From an uncultured Gammaproteobacteria bacterium (lineage in GTDB: Bacteria; Patescibacteriota; Microgenomatia; UBA10105; UBA927): 64,000 nt of DNA. Made by a program: the position numbers and the translations under genes. The stretch is taken from the NCBI GenBank assembly GCA_964629685.1, contig CAZVTT010000002.1, forward strand, positions 120,039 to 184,038, written 5' to 3'. The notes beneath the pieces are model-generated. The model had not been told where the DNA came from, did not search any database, and saw only the letters and a program-made list of their open reading frames with translations. Positions 42,228 through 52,010 of the stretch are shown here, piece after piece (position 1 is the stretch's first letter; each line of letters starts with the position of its first letter).

Positions 42228-44321
42228 TTAATCCTGGGTTACGTGTATTGTACTCTTTTTTACCTGTTCCCTCAAGAGGGGAAAGCCTGTCAGGTCAGGA
42301 TCACTCAAGGTGAGCTGTTCGAGTGCCTGCCTGGTTTGGGTTATAAGTTGCGTATCCGAAAGTCTGGCGATACGCAAATCCGGAAGGCCGTGTTGTCGGG
42401 TGCCGAACAATTCTCCGGGACCCCGCATTTGTAAATCCACATCCGCCAGTTTGGGTCCGCTATGAATTGTTTCCATAGCTTTCAGCCTTTGTAGCGTGTG
42501 ATCGTCTTCCTGTTCGGTAAAAAGCAGGCAAAACGAGGCTAGTTTTCCTCTTCCTACCCGACCACGTAACTGGTGTAGCTGTCCCAATCCGAATCGCTCA
42601 GCCCCTTCAATCATCATAATGATCGCGTTAGGAATGTCTATTCCTACTTCTACCACGGGCGTAGTAACTAAAATATGATATTTTTTGGTTCTAAAGTTTT
42701 CGAGTACTTCTGTTTTCTCCTTTGGTTTCATTCTTCCGTGCAGGAGTCCTAACGAAAGCTTTGGGAATACGCTCATAAGCCGCTTATACTCAGTGGTAAC
42801 GGCTTTTACGTTCTGTAAGGCGTCAGCTTCCGACGTATCTATAAGTGGGCAGATAATAAAAACCTGTCCACCTGTGGTGGCCACCTGTTCCGTTATCCAG
42901 GCATATGCGTTATCCCGTTTTATTTTCGGTACAACCCAGGTTTTTACGGCTTTTCGGCCACTGGGTAGTGTCTCGAGTACTGATAGGTCCAGATTTCCGA
43001 ATATCGTTTTCGCCATCGTCCGAGGAATGGGTGTGGCGGTCATGGTTAGCAAATGCGGTGTACGTCCGTGTTTCGCTTTCCGTAGTAGTTTTCCCCGTTG
43101 TTCTACTCCGAATCGGTGCTGCTCGTCTACAACAACTAGTCCTAAGTTATCTACCGGTAGCGAATCTGATAGCAACGCGTGTGTGCCGATAATGACGGAC
43201 TTTTTATCGTCGTCTACCATTTTTGTTTGGCCTATTCCCAACGATTCCGGCATTGTTTTATTGTCTCCCGTAACGATATCTACCCGTATTCCGAATGGGG
43301 TCAGTAAATTTTTGATGCTGGTATAGTGCTGTTCCGCTAATATTTGAGTTGGCGCCATCAGCACTGATTGAAAGCCGGATACGGAAGCCGTATACATCGC
43401 CGCTGCAGCAACTACAGTTTTTCCTGATCCGACATCACCTTCAAGAAGTCTGTTCATCGGAATAGTTTGAGTCATATCCATAAGAATTTCTTTAATAGAT
43501 TGGTTCTGATCTGCCGTTAAGGTAAACGGAAGTGATGTGTAAAATTTTTGCAGTAATAGATCAGGTATGGTACACGGATGCGCTTTCTGGGTAGTTTGCC
43601 AAAGTCGGCGTTGTTGGTGTGATGCAATTTGAATCAGAAATAGTTCATCAAACGCTAACCGTCTCCGGGCTTCGTGCGACTGTCCCGGAGATTCCGGGTA
43701 ATGTATACACTGTAACGCCCTGGCCAGCGGTAAAAGCGCGTACTTTTCCTGAATGGACTGAGGTAAATAATCAGTAACAGCCGGTACCATTTCCGTTAAC
43801 AACGCTGCGATTTTTGTGCGTAGCCACTTGGATGTTAATCCTTCAGTTTCAGGATAGATGGGGACGAGGCGACCGGTGTGTAATGAGGGGATGGTATTTT
43901 CTTCATCTACAATTTCAAATTGCGGACTATATTGCACTATTTTTTTCCCGAACCAGTTTACCTCTCCCGCCAATCGAACGGTATCTCCTTCGTGTATGGT
44001 CCGCAACAAGTATGTTTGATTAAACCAAACGGCAGTAATTTTTCCGGTTTCGTCATATATTTGCGCTTCAATTATTTTTTTGCCGTTTTTTGTAACAAAA
44101 AATTTAATGCTTTCTACCAATCCTTGTATGGTTACGGTTTCTCCTGGTCTGACCGTTCTAATGGAAGCTGTTTGTGAAAAATCATTATACCGTGAAGGTA
44201 TGTGATACAAAAAATCTTTAACGGAATAAATCGCAAGTCTGTGGAGACGTTCCGACAGAGCCGGACCGATACCCGGTAAATCCCGGATGCTCGTGTCTAA
44301 CGAATAGTGCATAATCATCAC
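42228..44321 (-). CDS. recG: ATP-dependent DNA helicase RecG
   Basis: N-terminal wedge domain, then helicase motifs I LLEGDVGSGKT and II VVDEQHRFG, and the TRG motif. GTG start. Confidence 0.9.
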   Translation of the reverse strand: MMIMHYSLDTSIRDLPGIGPALSERLHRLAIYSVKDFLYHIPSRYNDFSQTASIRTVRPGETVTIQGLVESIKFFVTKNGKKIIEAQIYDETGKITAVWFNQTYLLRTIHEGDTVRLAGEVNWFGKKIVQYSPQFEIVDEENTIPSLHTGRLVPIYPETEGLTSKWLRTKIAALLTEMVPAVTDYLPQSIQEKYALLPLARALQCIHYPESPGQSHEARRRLAFDELFLIQIASHQQRRLWQTTQKAHPCTIPDLLLQKFYTSLPFTLTADQNQSIKEILMDMTQTIPMNRLLEGDVGSGKTVVAAAAMYTASVSGFQSVLMAPTQILAEQHYTSIKNLLTPFGIRVDIVTGDNKTMPESLGIGQTKMVDDDKKSVIIGTHALLSDSLPVDNLGLVVVDEQHRFGVEQRGKLLRKAKHGRTPHLLTMTATPIPRTMAKTIFGNLDLSVLETLPSGRKAVKTWVVPKIKRDNAYAWITEQVATTGGQVFIICPLIDTSEADALQNVKAVTTEYKRLMSVFPKLSLGLLHGRMKPKEKTEVLENFRTKKYHILVTTPVVEVGIDIPNAIIMMIEGAERFGLGQLHQLRGRVGRGKLASFCLLFTEQEDDHTLQRLKAMETIHSGPKLADVDLQMRGPGELFGTRQHGLPDLRIARLSDTQLITQTRQALEQLTLSDPDLTGFPLLREQVKKSTIHVTQD

Positions 44322-44322
44322 G

Positions 44323-44427
44323 CTACCGCAATGTAAACAGAGGAATGATCGAAGACGCGACCAGCGCTAGGGATGAAACGACAATAACAATTTTCCACAA
44401 TTTTTCGTGTTTTCGGAAAGCGTTCAT
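44323..44427 (-). CDS. Small hydrophobic peptide (34 aa), unlisted; ATG overlaps tyrS stop (ATGA)
   Basis: Sequence MNAFRKHEKLWKIVIVVSSLALVASSIIPLFTLR. The start codon shares A-TGA with the tyrS stop. Its own stop lies 1 nt before the recG GTG. Confidence 0.4.
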   Translation of the reverse strand: MNAFRKHEKLWKIVIVVSSLALVASSIIPLFTLR

Positions 44428-45620
44428 ATAAGTTTAAGAAATGTTTTTTTACCGATTTTTATTATATCACCTGTTTCGAAACTGATAACATCATCCGATG
44501 CTATTACGTTTCCGTTTATATCTACCGCATGTTGTTGGATTAGCCTGCGGGCTTCCGATCTGCTTTTTGCCAATCCGGTAACCACCAGAACGTCTATAAG
44601 CGATGCACCGTCAGGTATATTTGTACGAGGTGTCGTCGGTATATCGACAATATTAAGTGAGCGTTCCTGAAATGTGTGTTCAAAGGCTGCTTGCGCATTA
44701 TCCGCATCCTCTCCACTATGCAGTTCAGCAGTAAGTGTGTGGGCAAGCTGTTTTTTAAACTGCATGGGGTTGGTGCCTTCCTGCATGGCTGTTTCTATTT
44801 TGGTTAAGTCAGCATCGCTAATGTCCGTGAGTAAACGGAAACACGGGAAAATGGCATCATCTCCTAAAGCCATAATTTTGGCGAACAAGTCGGTCGGTTT
44901 ATCGGTAATGCCTATTACGTTCCCTTCGCTTTTACCTATTTTTACACCTTTTGAGTCAGTTAATAGCGGCACGGTCATTACAAATTTTTCTTTGTTTAGC
45001 ATTGCCCGTACAAGTGTACGTCCGGCGAGCATGTTAAATGTCTGATCGGTTCCGCCCAATTCCAGGTCTACCTCCATGGCCACGGAGTCGTATCCCTGCA
45101 ACAACGGGTAGAGAAATTCCCGCAAATTTATAGATTCATTTTTCTTTAACCGTTCCTGAAACATATCGCGTTCAATAAGTTGTTGTACGGAAAAATTTTG
45201 AGCCAGATTCAGAATATCTACCAGGGATAAAGCATTAAGCCAATCGCCGTTGTAGCGTATTTCGACGGGGTTTTCTCCGGTGAAGCGGACAATTTTACCC
45301 GCCTGGTTTACGTAATCCAGTGCATTTTGCCGCAATTCTTCCCGGGTAAAAAATTTTTCCCGGGTTTTTTTCTTTCCTGAAGGGTCACCTGCTTGTCCGG
45401 TGCCGTCTCCGATTAAAAATATTACCTGATGTCCTAAATCCTGAAATTGCCGCAGTTTCCGTAACGCCACCATGTGTCCGATATGTAACTGTGTCCCTGT
45501 GGGGTCAAACCCCTGGTACAGCTTAAGTTTCTTGCCCGATCTCAGCACTTTCTCAAATGCTTCTTTCGAAGGGTATATTGTATCGACTCCACGATGTAGT
45601 AATGTGTGAATTGCGTCCAT
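44424..45620 (-). CDS. tyrS: Tyrosyl-tRNA synthetase
   Basis: HIGH motif (TQLHIGHMV), KMSKS-type KIGKS and a C-terminal S4 domain. Confidence 0.9.
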   Translation of the reverse strand: MDAIHTLLHRGVDTIYPSKEAFEKVLRSGKKLKLYQGFDPTGTQLHIGHMVALRKLRQFQDLGHQVIFLIGDGTGQAGDPSGKKKTREKFFTREELRQNALDYVNQAGKIVRFTGENPVEIRYNGDWLNALSLVDILNLAQNFSVQQLIERDMFQERLKKNESINLREFLYPLLQGYDSVAMEVDLELGGTDQTFNMLAGRTLVRAMLNKEKFVMTVPLLTDSKGVKIGKSEGNVIGITDKPTDLFAKIMALGDDAIFPCFRLLTDISDADLTKIETAMQEGTNPMQFKKQLAHTLTAELHSGEDADNAQAAFEHTFQERSLNIVDIPTTPRTNIPDGASLIDVLVVTGLAKSRSEARRLIQQHAVDINGNVIASDDVISFETGDIIKIGKKTFLKLI

Positions 45621-45634
45621 ATTTTTCTCCTTTA

Positions 45635-46159
45635 CTATACCATAGACCGTTTTGTATGCGCGAGCGACATCGCTCGTCTTACTGCCGTGACTGCAGTATC
45701 AGCTCTGATAATCTTTTGAGCTTTGCGTTCATCCAAGTGTGTTCCCATCAACCTATTACTCCAACCGCCACTTCCCTGTATGGCGATAACCGGGATTCGT
45801 GCCTGATACGCCATGGCTATTTCCATCAGCGTTCCCGATCCGCCACCGATGCTGATTATTGCGTCGCAGCTGCGGATAAATATAAATTCCCTGCCGCCAC
45901 CCCGTTCCATTCCGGTCTGAATGCTCATCCCCCAGGGCGATTTTATTCCTTCGGACCGGAGAAATGCTAAGACAATTCCGTTTGCATTATGGGCAGCTTC
46001 CGCAGCTATTCCCGGGAGCGAAGGTCCATCGTCTTCAAATCCGAAACATAATACCGCATGCTGCCTCGCAATTTGTTTCCCAATCTCACTGGCCATTTTT
46101 TTATTTGTATTCGTTGGCTGTTTGGTCATTGAACCAATGACCCCTATTTGTATGATCAT
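45635..46159 (-). CDS. LOG-family / TIGR00725-type Rossmann protein
   Basis: GGGSGTLMEIAMA and PVIAIQGSGGW motifs, as in the GGGxGTxxE/PxxxxN signature. Confidence 0.6.
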   Translation of the reverse strand: MIIQIGVIGSMTKQPTNTNKKMASEIGKQIARQHAVLCFGFEDDGPSLPGIAAEAAHNANGIVLAFLRSEGIKSPWGMSIQTGMERGGGREFIFIRSCDAIISIGGGSGTLMEIAMAYQARIPVIAIQGSGGWSNRLMGTHLDERKAQKIIRADTAVTAVRRAMSLAHTKRSMV

Positions 46160-46161
46160 GA

Positions 46162-46611
46162 TTATCCCCTTTCTTTACTCCCGCGCACGCCTCGGGCGCT
46201 AATTTCCTGCAATATTTCCGCTCGTACTTCATTGTTTAGGTGTATCTGCCGTAATCGTCGAAGCACGTCTCTGATTTGGTGTTGATTGGCAAGTAATTGT
46301 TCAGCTTTAACCCGTTTTGACCATGATGGCATGAGCCAATTGGGTGGGTTTGTGTCAAAAAATCCCTGTTTGGGAATTCCACCGGGTACGTGTGCCCGGC
46401 CTAGCGAAACAAGTTGTCTCAACTCTAAGGCATGGATGGCATTCGGAAAAAATTGTTGCCGAAATATATTCAATCGGGTTTCAATCTCTTCTGAATGTTC
46501 CCGTCCGGTACTCGCCTGTTCACGTAATTGTTGAATCATGGCTATTTCCTTAAATACCGGTTCTTCCAGGAGACGGGGATTATGCATAAAGTCGATAAAG
46601 ATGGAAACCAT
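46162..46611 (-). CDS. Hypothetical protein
   Basis: ORF only. The start is uncertain because it overlaps the upstream gene by ~30 nt if read from the first ATG. Confidence 0.35.
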   Translation of the reverse strand: MVSIFIDFMHNPRLLEEPVFKEIAMIQQLREQASTGREHSEEIETRLNIFRQQFFPNAIHALELRQLVSLGRAHVPGGIPKQGFFDTNPPNWLMPSWSKRVKAEQLLANQHQIRDVLRRLRQIHLNNEVRAEILQEISARGVRGSKERG

Positions 46612-47200
46612 CGTCTGCCGGTGTCCGTACCTCCATTCCGCTTAATACGTTTACACCCATACGGGTTAGTTGTGCATGTGCTCCCTGTTTGCCTTCTCCG
46701 AACGTGCCTGTGTTTACTGCCAGAAATCCCACCGTAGTATGTGCGGGGTCTAACGTAAATAGATGCATTGTTTCGACAATGGTTTTTCCTGACCATCCCA
46801 CATCGTCCAGAATAAGTGGTCGGGAAAAGTCAAAATGAGACTTACGGGAAGTTATTTCGTCTTCATTGAGACTTACAAGATGTCCGAAACCGTCGAGCCG
46901 GCCGGATGATACTTTCCGCAGTCTGCTGATATGAAAATCCGCCACAACCGGAATATTTGCTTCAGGTTGGATATGCGTATGTACTGCTTGAGTTAGGTCA
47001 ATAATGACACTGAAATCCCGTAATTCGAGTTGTTGTATAAGTCTATCCAGGCACGGAAAAGGATCCACTACTTCATGTTGAAAAGTACTATGTCCGGAAG
47101 CAGCAATGAGCTCCTTTGTCGTTTCGGCTAACTCGGGTAGCCGTCCCGGTGCAGTGGTTAATGCTGCGCTATCAAGAAACCAAAGAATACGTTGTTCCAT
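46580..47200 (-). CDS. Phosphoribosyltransferase (type I PRTase fold)-domain protein
   Basis: PRPP-binding loop LILDDVGWSGKTIVE. Start set to the ATG at 47200 (MEQRILW), which has AGGAGG 6 nt upstream. The listed start at 47299 would read through a terminator-like hairpin. Confidence 0.5.
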   Translation of the reverse strand: MEQRILWFLDSAALTTAPGRLPELAETTKELIAASGHSTFQHEVVDPFPCLDRLIQQLELRDFSVIIDLTQAVHTHIQPEANIPVVADFHISRLRKVSSGRLDGFGHLVSLNEDEITSRKSHFDFSRPLILDDVGWSGKTIVETMHLFTLDPAHTTVGFLAVNTGTFGEGKQGAHAQLTRMGVNVLSGMEVRTPADDGFHLYRLYA

Positions 47201-47240
47201 ATACCTCCTAATAAATGAATAAATATAACGAAAATACCAC

Positions 47241-47265
47241 AAAAAAACCTCCCGTCCCGGGAGGT
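47241..47265 (-). promoter_or_regulatory. GC hairpin plus U-tract (terminator-like) in the 5' leader of the PRTase-like gene
   Basis: Minus-strand RNA would read CCUCCCG-GGA-CGGGAGG followed by UUUUUUU, ending 35 nt upstream of the RBS. Confidence 0.45.
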
Positions 47266-47416
47266 CCTGGTAGTACGTTTCCGTTAGTTTACTTAACAAC
47301 AGAGCACGTTACCGACCGCCCGTAAACGGGATAGGTATAGGTATAATACGCTCGGTTGCTTGCAATCATACGATAGCGATTATATCATACGTGAACAGGC
47401 GTGCAAGGTATTTACT

Positions 47417-49978
47417 ATGGCTTTAGCAGATCTTTTTCAGGAACGACAAATGCGGCGACGCTCCGGAGTCAACAAATCCAGGCTAAAACTCCTCACCACA
47501 GCAGTAACGGTGATATTCGTTGGATTTATTGTAATTCTGATTGGGTTTGGACTGCTTTTCGCTTGGTACGCGAAAGATTTACCTAGGCCGGATAAGGTCC
47601 GTCGGGTTGATGGTTTATCTACTGTTATATCCGACAGGAATGGCGAAGGGTTGTACGAAATTTTTGAAGGTGCAAACAGAATCCCCGTTCAGTTTGAAGA
47701 AATCCCCGAGCATTTGCGTAATGCCACGGTTGCCGTTGAAGATAAAAGCTTTTACCAACATCAGGGGTTATCCACAGCCGGAATTATGCGCGCCATGATT
47801 AATATTGTGGTATTCCGCAACATGCAGGGAGGTTCAACCTTAACCCAACAATTAGTCAAAAATGTACTGCTAACCAATGAGCAGACGGTTGCCAGAAAAA
47901 TTAAAGAAGCCGTATTGGCAATACAAATAGAACGGAAGTACACCAAAAACGAAATACTTCAGATGTATCTGAACGAAGCGCCGTATGGTGGTACCGCCGT
48001 AGGCGTAGAATCAGCCAGTCAGTTGTATTTCAGTAAGCATGTCAAAGATCTTAATCTGGTAGAAAGTATTATTCTCGCCGGTTTACCTCAATCTCCGACC
48101 GGGTATTCCCCATTCGGTAACAACCCGGAAGCGTATATTCCCCGGGCACAGGCGGTAGCCAGACGGATGAGGGAAGACGGGTATATTACCGCAATTCAGG
48201 AAACGGAGGTTCGGGATCAACTGGATAAAGTGGAATTTTCAAAAGGTGAAATCGGATTACGGGCATCGCATTTTGTGGAATATGTCAGAGCTCAGCTACT
48301 GGAAAAATTCGGCGAGAAGATGGTAGAAAGCGGAGGTTTAAACGTTACCACGTCTTTAGATTGGGGCCTGCAGGAAAAAACGGAGAATATCGTAAAGGAA
48401 GAAATTGCTAAACTTAAACCGTTACGGGTAACAAATGGCGCAGCAGTGGTGTTGGATCCGACTACCGGTGAAATATTGGCGATGGTGGGTTCAAAAGATT
48501 ATAACGCTTCGGAAAGCGGCGGGTATAAATTTAATGTTGTCACACAGGGATTACGGCAGCCCGGCTCGGCTATCAAGCCGATCGCATACGCAGCGGCATT
48601 AAAAAAGGGCTATACCGCGGCAACAGTGTTAATGGATGTAGAGACAAAATATCCATCCGGAGAAGCCGATAAACCGGAATATAATCCAAAAAATTATGAC
48701 GGGAAATATCGCGGTCCGGTGTTACTTCGGAATGCTCTGGGAAATTCCATAAATACCATAGCTGTTAAAATTACGGCTTTGGTAGGTATTCGTGACGTGC
48801 TCCGTTTAGCCTATGATATGGGTCTCCCTACGCTTGAGCCCACTGATGAAAATTTAAAGCGTTTCGGTCTTTCCATTGCATTGGGGGGTGGTGAGGTTCA
48901 CATGTTGGAATTGGCGAACGCATATGGGGTACTGGCCACCGGAGGTTTTCGCCATGAACCGGTTTCCATTTTGAAAGTTGTGGATGCCAAAGGTAAAGTT
49001 ATCTATGAGCACAAAACACCGACGCCAAAGCGTGTACTTGAACCGGAAATAGCCTTCATCATTTCCAGTATGTTATCGGACAACAATGCCCGTAAGGACG
49101 TTTTCGGTGAACGATCTTTGCTGGTTATCCCAGGTAAAACAGTGGCGGTAAAAACCGGTACTACTGACGATAAACGGGATAACTGGACTGTGGGATATAC
49201 GAAACACGTGGTGGTAGCAACCTGGGTAGGAAACAATGATAATTCTCCAATGCATCCCTCGCTATCTTCAGGTATAACCGGAGCGGCACCGCTCTGGAAT
49301 AAGATTATAAAAGAGGCGCTGAAAGATAAAAAGGATGAACCATTTGATCGTCCGGATGGCATCGTGGAAATGGATATAGATGCTTATGCCGGTGGGCTTC
49401 CTGTCGACGGCGGACAAGTCCGTAAGGAAGTGTTCATAAAAGGAACCGAGCCTACACAGAAAGCATCCGTATATCAGGATCTTCGGCTGTCAAAAAAAGA
49501 TAACAATAAACTTGCCAACTCCGTTGAAATTACCAAAGGTGAGTACGATTCCAAATCGTTCCTGGTCTTTACGGAACTCGACCCGGTTTCCAGCGACGGT
49601 AAAAATCGTTGGCAGGAAGGTATAGATGCTTGGGCTCAATCTCAGTCGGATAACAAATTTAAACCGCCGAAAGAAGTAAATCAGTCTACCGACCAAATCT
49701 CAGTCAGTATAAAGGAGCCGAATAACGGGAGCCGGATTGACTCCAATACCGTTCACATTCGGGCTGAATCCGCGAGTTTAAACGATGTATCCAAAATTGA
49801 AATATATGTAGACGGCGTTCTGGTTGCGGATAAAAATGACCGGTTAATTTCCCAGGATATTACGTTGGAAAATGGTCAGAGGACAATTAAGGCCAAAGCC
49901 ACGGATAGTAAAGGAAACACAGCTGAAGCGGAAGTTAAAGTAGCGATAAACGAGCCGTTTCCTACTCCGAAGCCCTAA
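47417..49978 (+). CDS. Class A penicillin-binding protein (GT51 transglycosylase + transpeptidase) with C-terminal Ig-like extension
   Basis: GT51 motifs (EDKSFYQHQG, GGSTLTQQLVKN); transpeptidase motifs SAIKP, SIN and KTGTTDD. A ~220-aa C-terminal tail. The start could instead be the ATG at 47360. Confidence 0.85.
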   Translation: MALADLFQERQMRRRSGVNKSRLKLLTTAVTVIFVGFIVILIGFGLLFAWYAKDLPRPDKVRRVDGLSTVISDRNGEGLYEIFEGANRIPVQFEEIPEHLRNATVAVEDKSFYQHQGLSTAGIMRAMINIVVFRNMQGGSTLTQQLVKNVLLTNEQTVARKIKEAVLAIQIERKYTKNEILQMYLNEAPYGGTAVGVESASQLYFSKHVKDLNLVESIILAGLPQSPTGYSPFGNNPEAYIPRAQAVARRMREDGYITAIQETEVRDQLDKVEFSKGEIGLRASHFVEYVRAQLLEKFGEKMVESGGLNVTTSLDWGLQEKTENIVKEEIAKLKPLRVTNGAAVVLDPTTGEILAMVGSKDYNASESGGYKFNVVTQGLRQPGSAIKPIAYAAALKKGYTAATVLMDVETKYPSGEADKPEYNPKNYDGKYRGPVLLRNALGNSINTIAVKITALVGIRDVLRLAYDMGLPTLEPTDENLKRFGLSIALGGGEVHMLELANAYGVLATGGFRHEPVSILKVVDAKGKVIYEHKTPTPKRVLEPEIAFIISSMLSDNNARKDVFGERSLLVIPGKTVAVKTGTTDDKRDNWTVGYTKHVVVATWVGNNDNSPMHPSLSSGITGAAPLWNKIIKEALKDKKDEPFDRPDGIVEMDIDAYAGGLPVDGGQVRKEVFIKGTEPTQKASVYQDLRLSKKDNNKLANSVEITKGEYDSKSFLVFTELDPVSSDGKNRWQEGIDAWAQSQSDNKFKPPKEVNQSTDQISVSIKEPNNGSRIDSNTVHIRAESASLNDVSKIEIYVDGVLVADKNDRLISQDITLENGQRTIKAKATDSKGNTAEAEVKVAINEPFPTPKP

Positions 49979-49980
49979 TA

Positions 49981-52002
49981 CTACTGAGTCTTAAGTTCCA
50001 ACCCGATTTCTGTGGCCGCGTTCAGAACCTTTGCACGCAAAGTTTTTATATTTTCCGTCGTTAATGTTTTTGTGGTGTCTAAATATTCAATTCGGATAGT
50101 GCGTATATTCTGATAACTATCTATTAGCAATACGCGACGAATGGTGGGATCAATGGATGTGAATGTCTTGATTAAGGTACCCACCCTGAATCCCGGCGGA
50201 ACAATGAAAGAAAAATCTTCCCGGACTGCCGGATATTTAGGAATGGGGATATACCTTCGTTGCGGATGGGCATGTGCTGCCATTTCATCGAGGTAAAGGT
50301 GTAGTACCGTTAGCGGTTTATTAATATGCATCTCCGTCAGGAGTTGCTGATGTATTTCTCCGAATGATCCGTATCTTCCCAACGAATAGGAATGATGCGG
50401 TTGAAGGTACGGATACGTCGATGCTTCCGGTTCATCCGGGAAAGGAATACCCATACTATCGAATAATGCCTGAGCAAGTCCTTTGGCATGGGCGAATTGT
50501 TCTCCGGTCCAGCAGACGAGGAGTGTCGGGCGTTCGTGCGGCAGTTCCGCCTTCCGGAAATGATATTCCATAGAAAGTTCAAAAAGATTAAACGTGCTGC
50601 GGTGGTGAAGGTTTTCTTCTACTGTTTTTAGCATACTCGGAAGCAGCAGTGGCCTCATGTATACCCATTCTGTCGAAAGCGGGTTAGTTATTTTATAGGC
50701 AGCACCCGTGTCCAGTCCGAACGTTTTCATGAGTTCTTCTGAGATCATTGAATACGTATATGTTTCGGTATATCCCCAATCCCTAAGTTTGGTTTTTATG
50801 ATTTCCTCCCAATTGAGGATAGGATCGGGTTGAACAACCGGTGGCTCGGTGTCCGGTAATCTGGTTTTCAGATTGTGATATCCGTATAATCTGGCAATTT
50901 CTTCAATAATGTCTACGTCGCGCGTAACATCACGTCTGAAGCTGGGGATTTTTGCCGTGACGGTGGTTTTGTTTAGCGTGGGAATAAATCCGAGCGGTGA
51001 GAGTATAGTCTGAATTTCTTTATCTTTGAGATCAACGCCCATATATGCCGATAATTTTTGACGGGTAACGGATACCGAGGAGGGTTTATACGCTTTGGGA
51101 TGTATGTCATATACGCTACTGGCGACTTGGGCACCAGCTAATGTAGTAGCCATTTCTACCCCACGGATAAACGCCGGAAGAACGAGTTCAGTATCCGTTC
51201 CTTTTTCAAAAAGTCCGGCTGCCTCCGTTCGGTGTGCCAGCTTCATGGATGTGCGTCGAATCCGTACAGGATCGTATGTCTGTAAAAATAGAATAACGGT
51301 AGTGGTTTTTTCGGTGATGGAGGAATTTTCCGCTCCCATTATGCCGCACAGATCAATGAGTCTGCCTGATTCGTCTTCGATCACGATGTCACCCCCGGGG
51401 AGGATATGGGTTTTCCCGTCTAACGTCGTAATTTTTTCATGTTTGCGGGATTCACGCAGCTTCATGGTAGGTATTCCGTTTTTGGATGCTATACGGTCAT
51501 AGTCAAATGCATGTGCCGGTTGCCCATAGCAGCGCATCAGGTAATTGGTAATATCAACAACAATATTCAATGAGCGAATACCGGTTTTTTCTAATTTTTG
51601 TTGCAACCATTTCGGCGATGGCCCTACGGTAACATGTTCCAACACAATAGACGTCCAGCGGGGATTTAAGCGAGGGTCGGTAAATATTTTCAGTTTTTTT
51701 GTCCCCGCTCTTTTGTATTTTCGGATAAATGCAGCGGTATCGGTAGCATACGGATCCTGCAGCAGCTTGGCTTTAATGCCAAATCGCGGGAGTATGGCAG
51801 CGGCTTCTCTGGCAACACCGGATACGGACATGGAATCCGGTCTATTCGTCGTAATTTCTATGTCATATACCACTTCGCCATTCACGGTGTTTATCCGTTC
51901 AATAGACGGACCGCAAAGGGAAAGATATTCTTTCAATTGTGCCGGGCTTGCTTTTGTCTGCAAAAATTCCCTTAACCACGAATCAGGTATGAGTATATTC
52001 AT
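49981..52002 (-). CDS. pheT: Phenylalanyl-tRNA synthetase beta subunit (short form, apparently lacking B2 tRNA-binding OB domain)
   Basis: B1 N-terminus (WLREFL), then directly the B3/B4 motif EITTNRPDSMSVSGVAREAAA, a B5 and the C-terminal catalytic-like domain. 673 aa against the usual ~800. Confidence 0.85.
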   Translation of the reverse strand: MNILIPDSWLREFLQTKASPAQLKEYLSLCGPSIERINTVNGEVVYDIEITTNRPDSMSVSGVAREAAAILPRFGIKAKLLQDPYATDTAAFIRKYKRAGTKKLKIFTDPRLNPRWTSIVLEHVTVGPSPKWLQQKLEKTGIRSLNIVVDITNYLMRCYGQPAHAFDYDRIASKNGIPTMKLRESRKHEKITTLDGKTHILPGGDIVIEDESGRLIDLCGIMGAENSSITEKTTTVILFLQTYDPVRIRRTSMKLAHRTEAAGLFEKGTDTELVLPAFIRGVEMATTLAGAQVASSVYDIHPKAYKPSSVSVTRQKLSAYMGVDLKDKEIQTILSPLGFIPTLNKTTVTAKIPSFRRDVTRDVDIIEEIARLYGYHNLKTRLPDTEPPVVQPDPILNWEEIIKTKLRDWGYTETYTYSMISEELMKTFGLDTGAAYKITNPLSTEWVYMRPLLLPSMLKTVEENLHHRSTFNLFELSMEYHFRKAELPHERPTLLVCWTGEQFAHAKGLAQALFDSMGIPFPDEPEASTYPYLQPHHSYSLGRYGSFGEIHQQLLTEMHINKPLTVLHLYLDEMAAHAHPQRRYIPIPKYPAVREDFSFIVPPGFRVGTLIKTFTSIDPTIRRVLLIDSYQNIRTIRIEYLDTTKTLTTENIKTLRAKVLNAATEIGLELKTQ

Positions 52003-52010
52003 AAATGCAT

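Noticed and set aside
42685-43326. 213-aa plus-strand ORF
   Set aside because: Antisense to recG.
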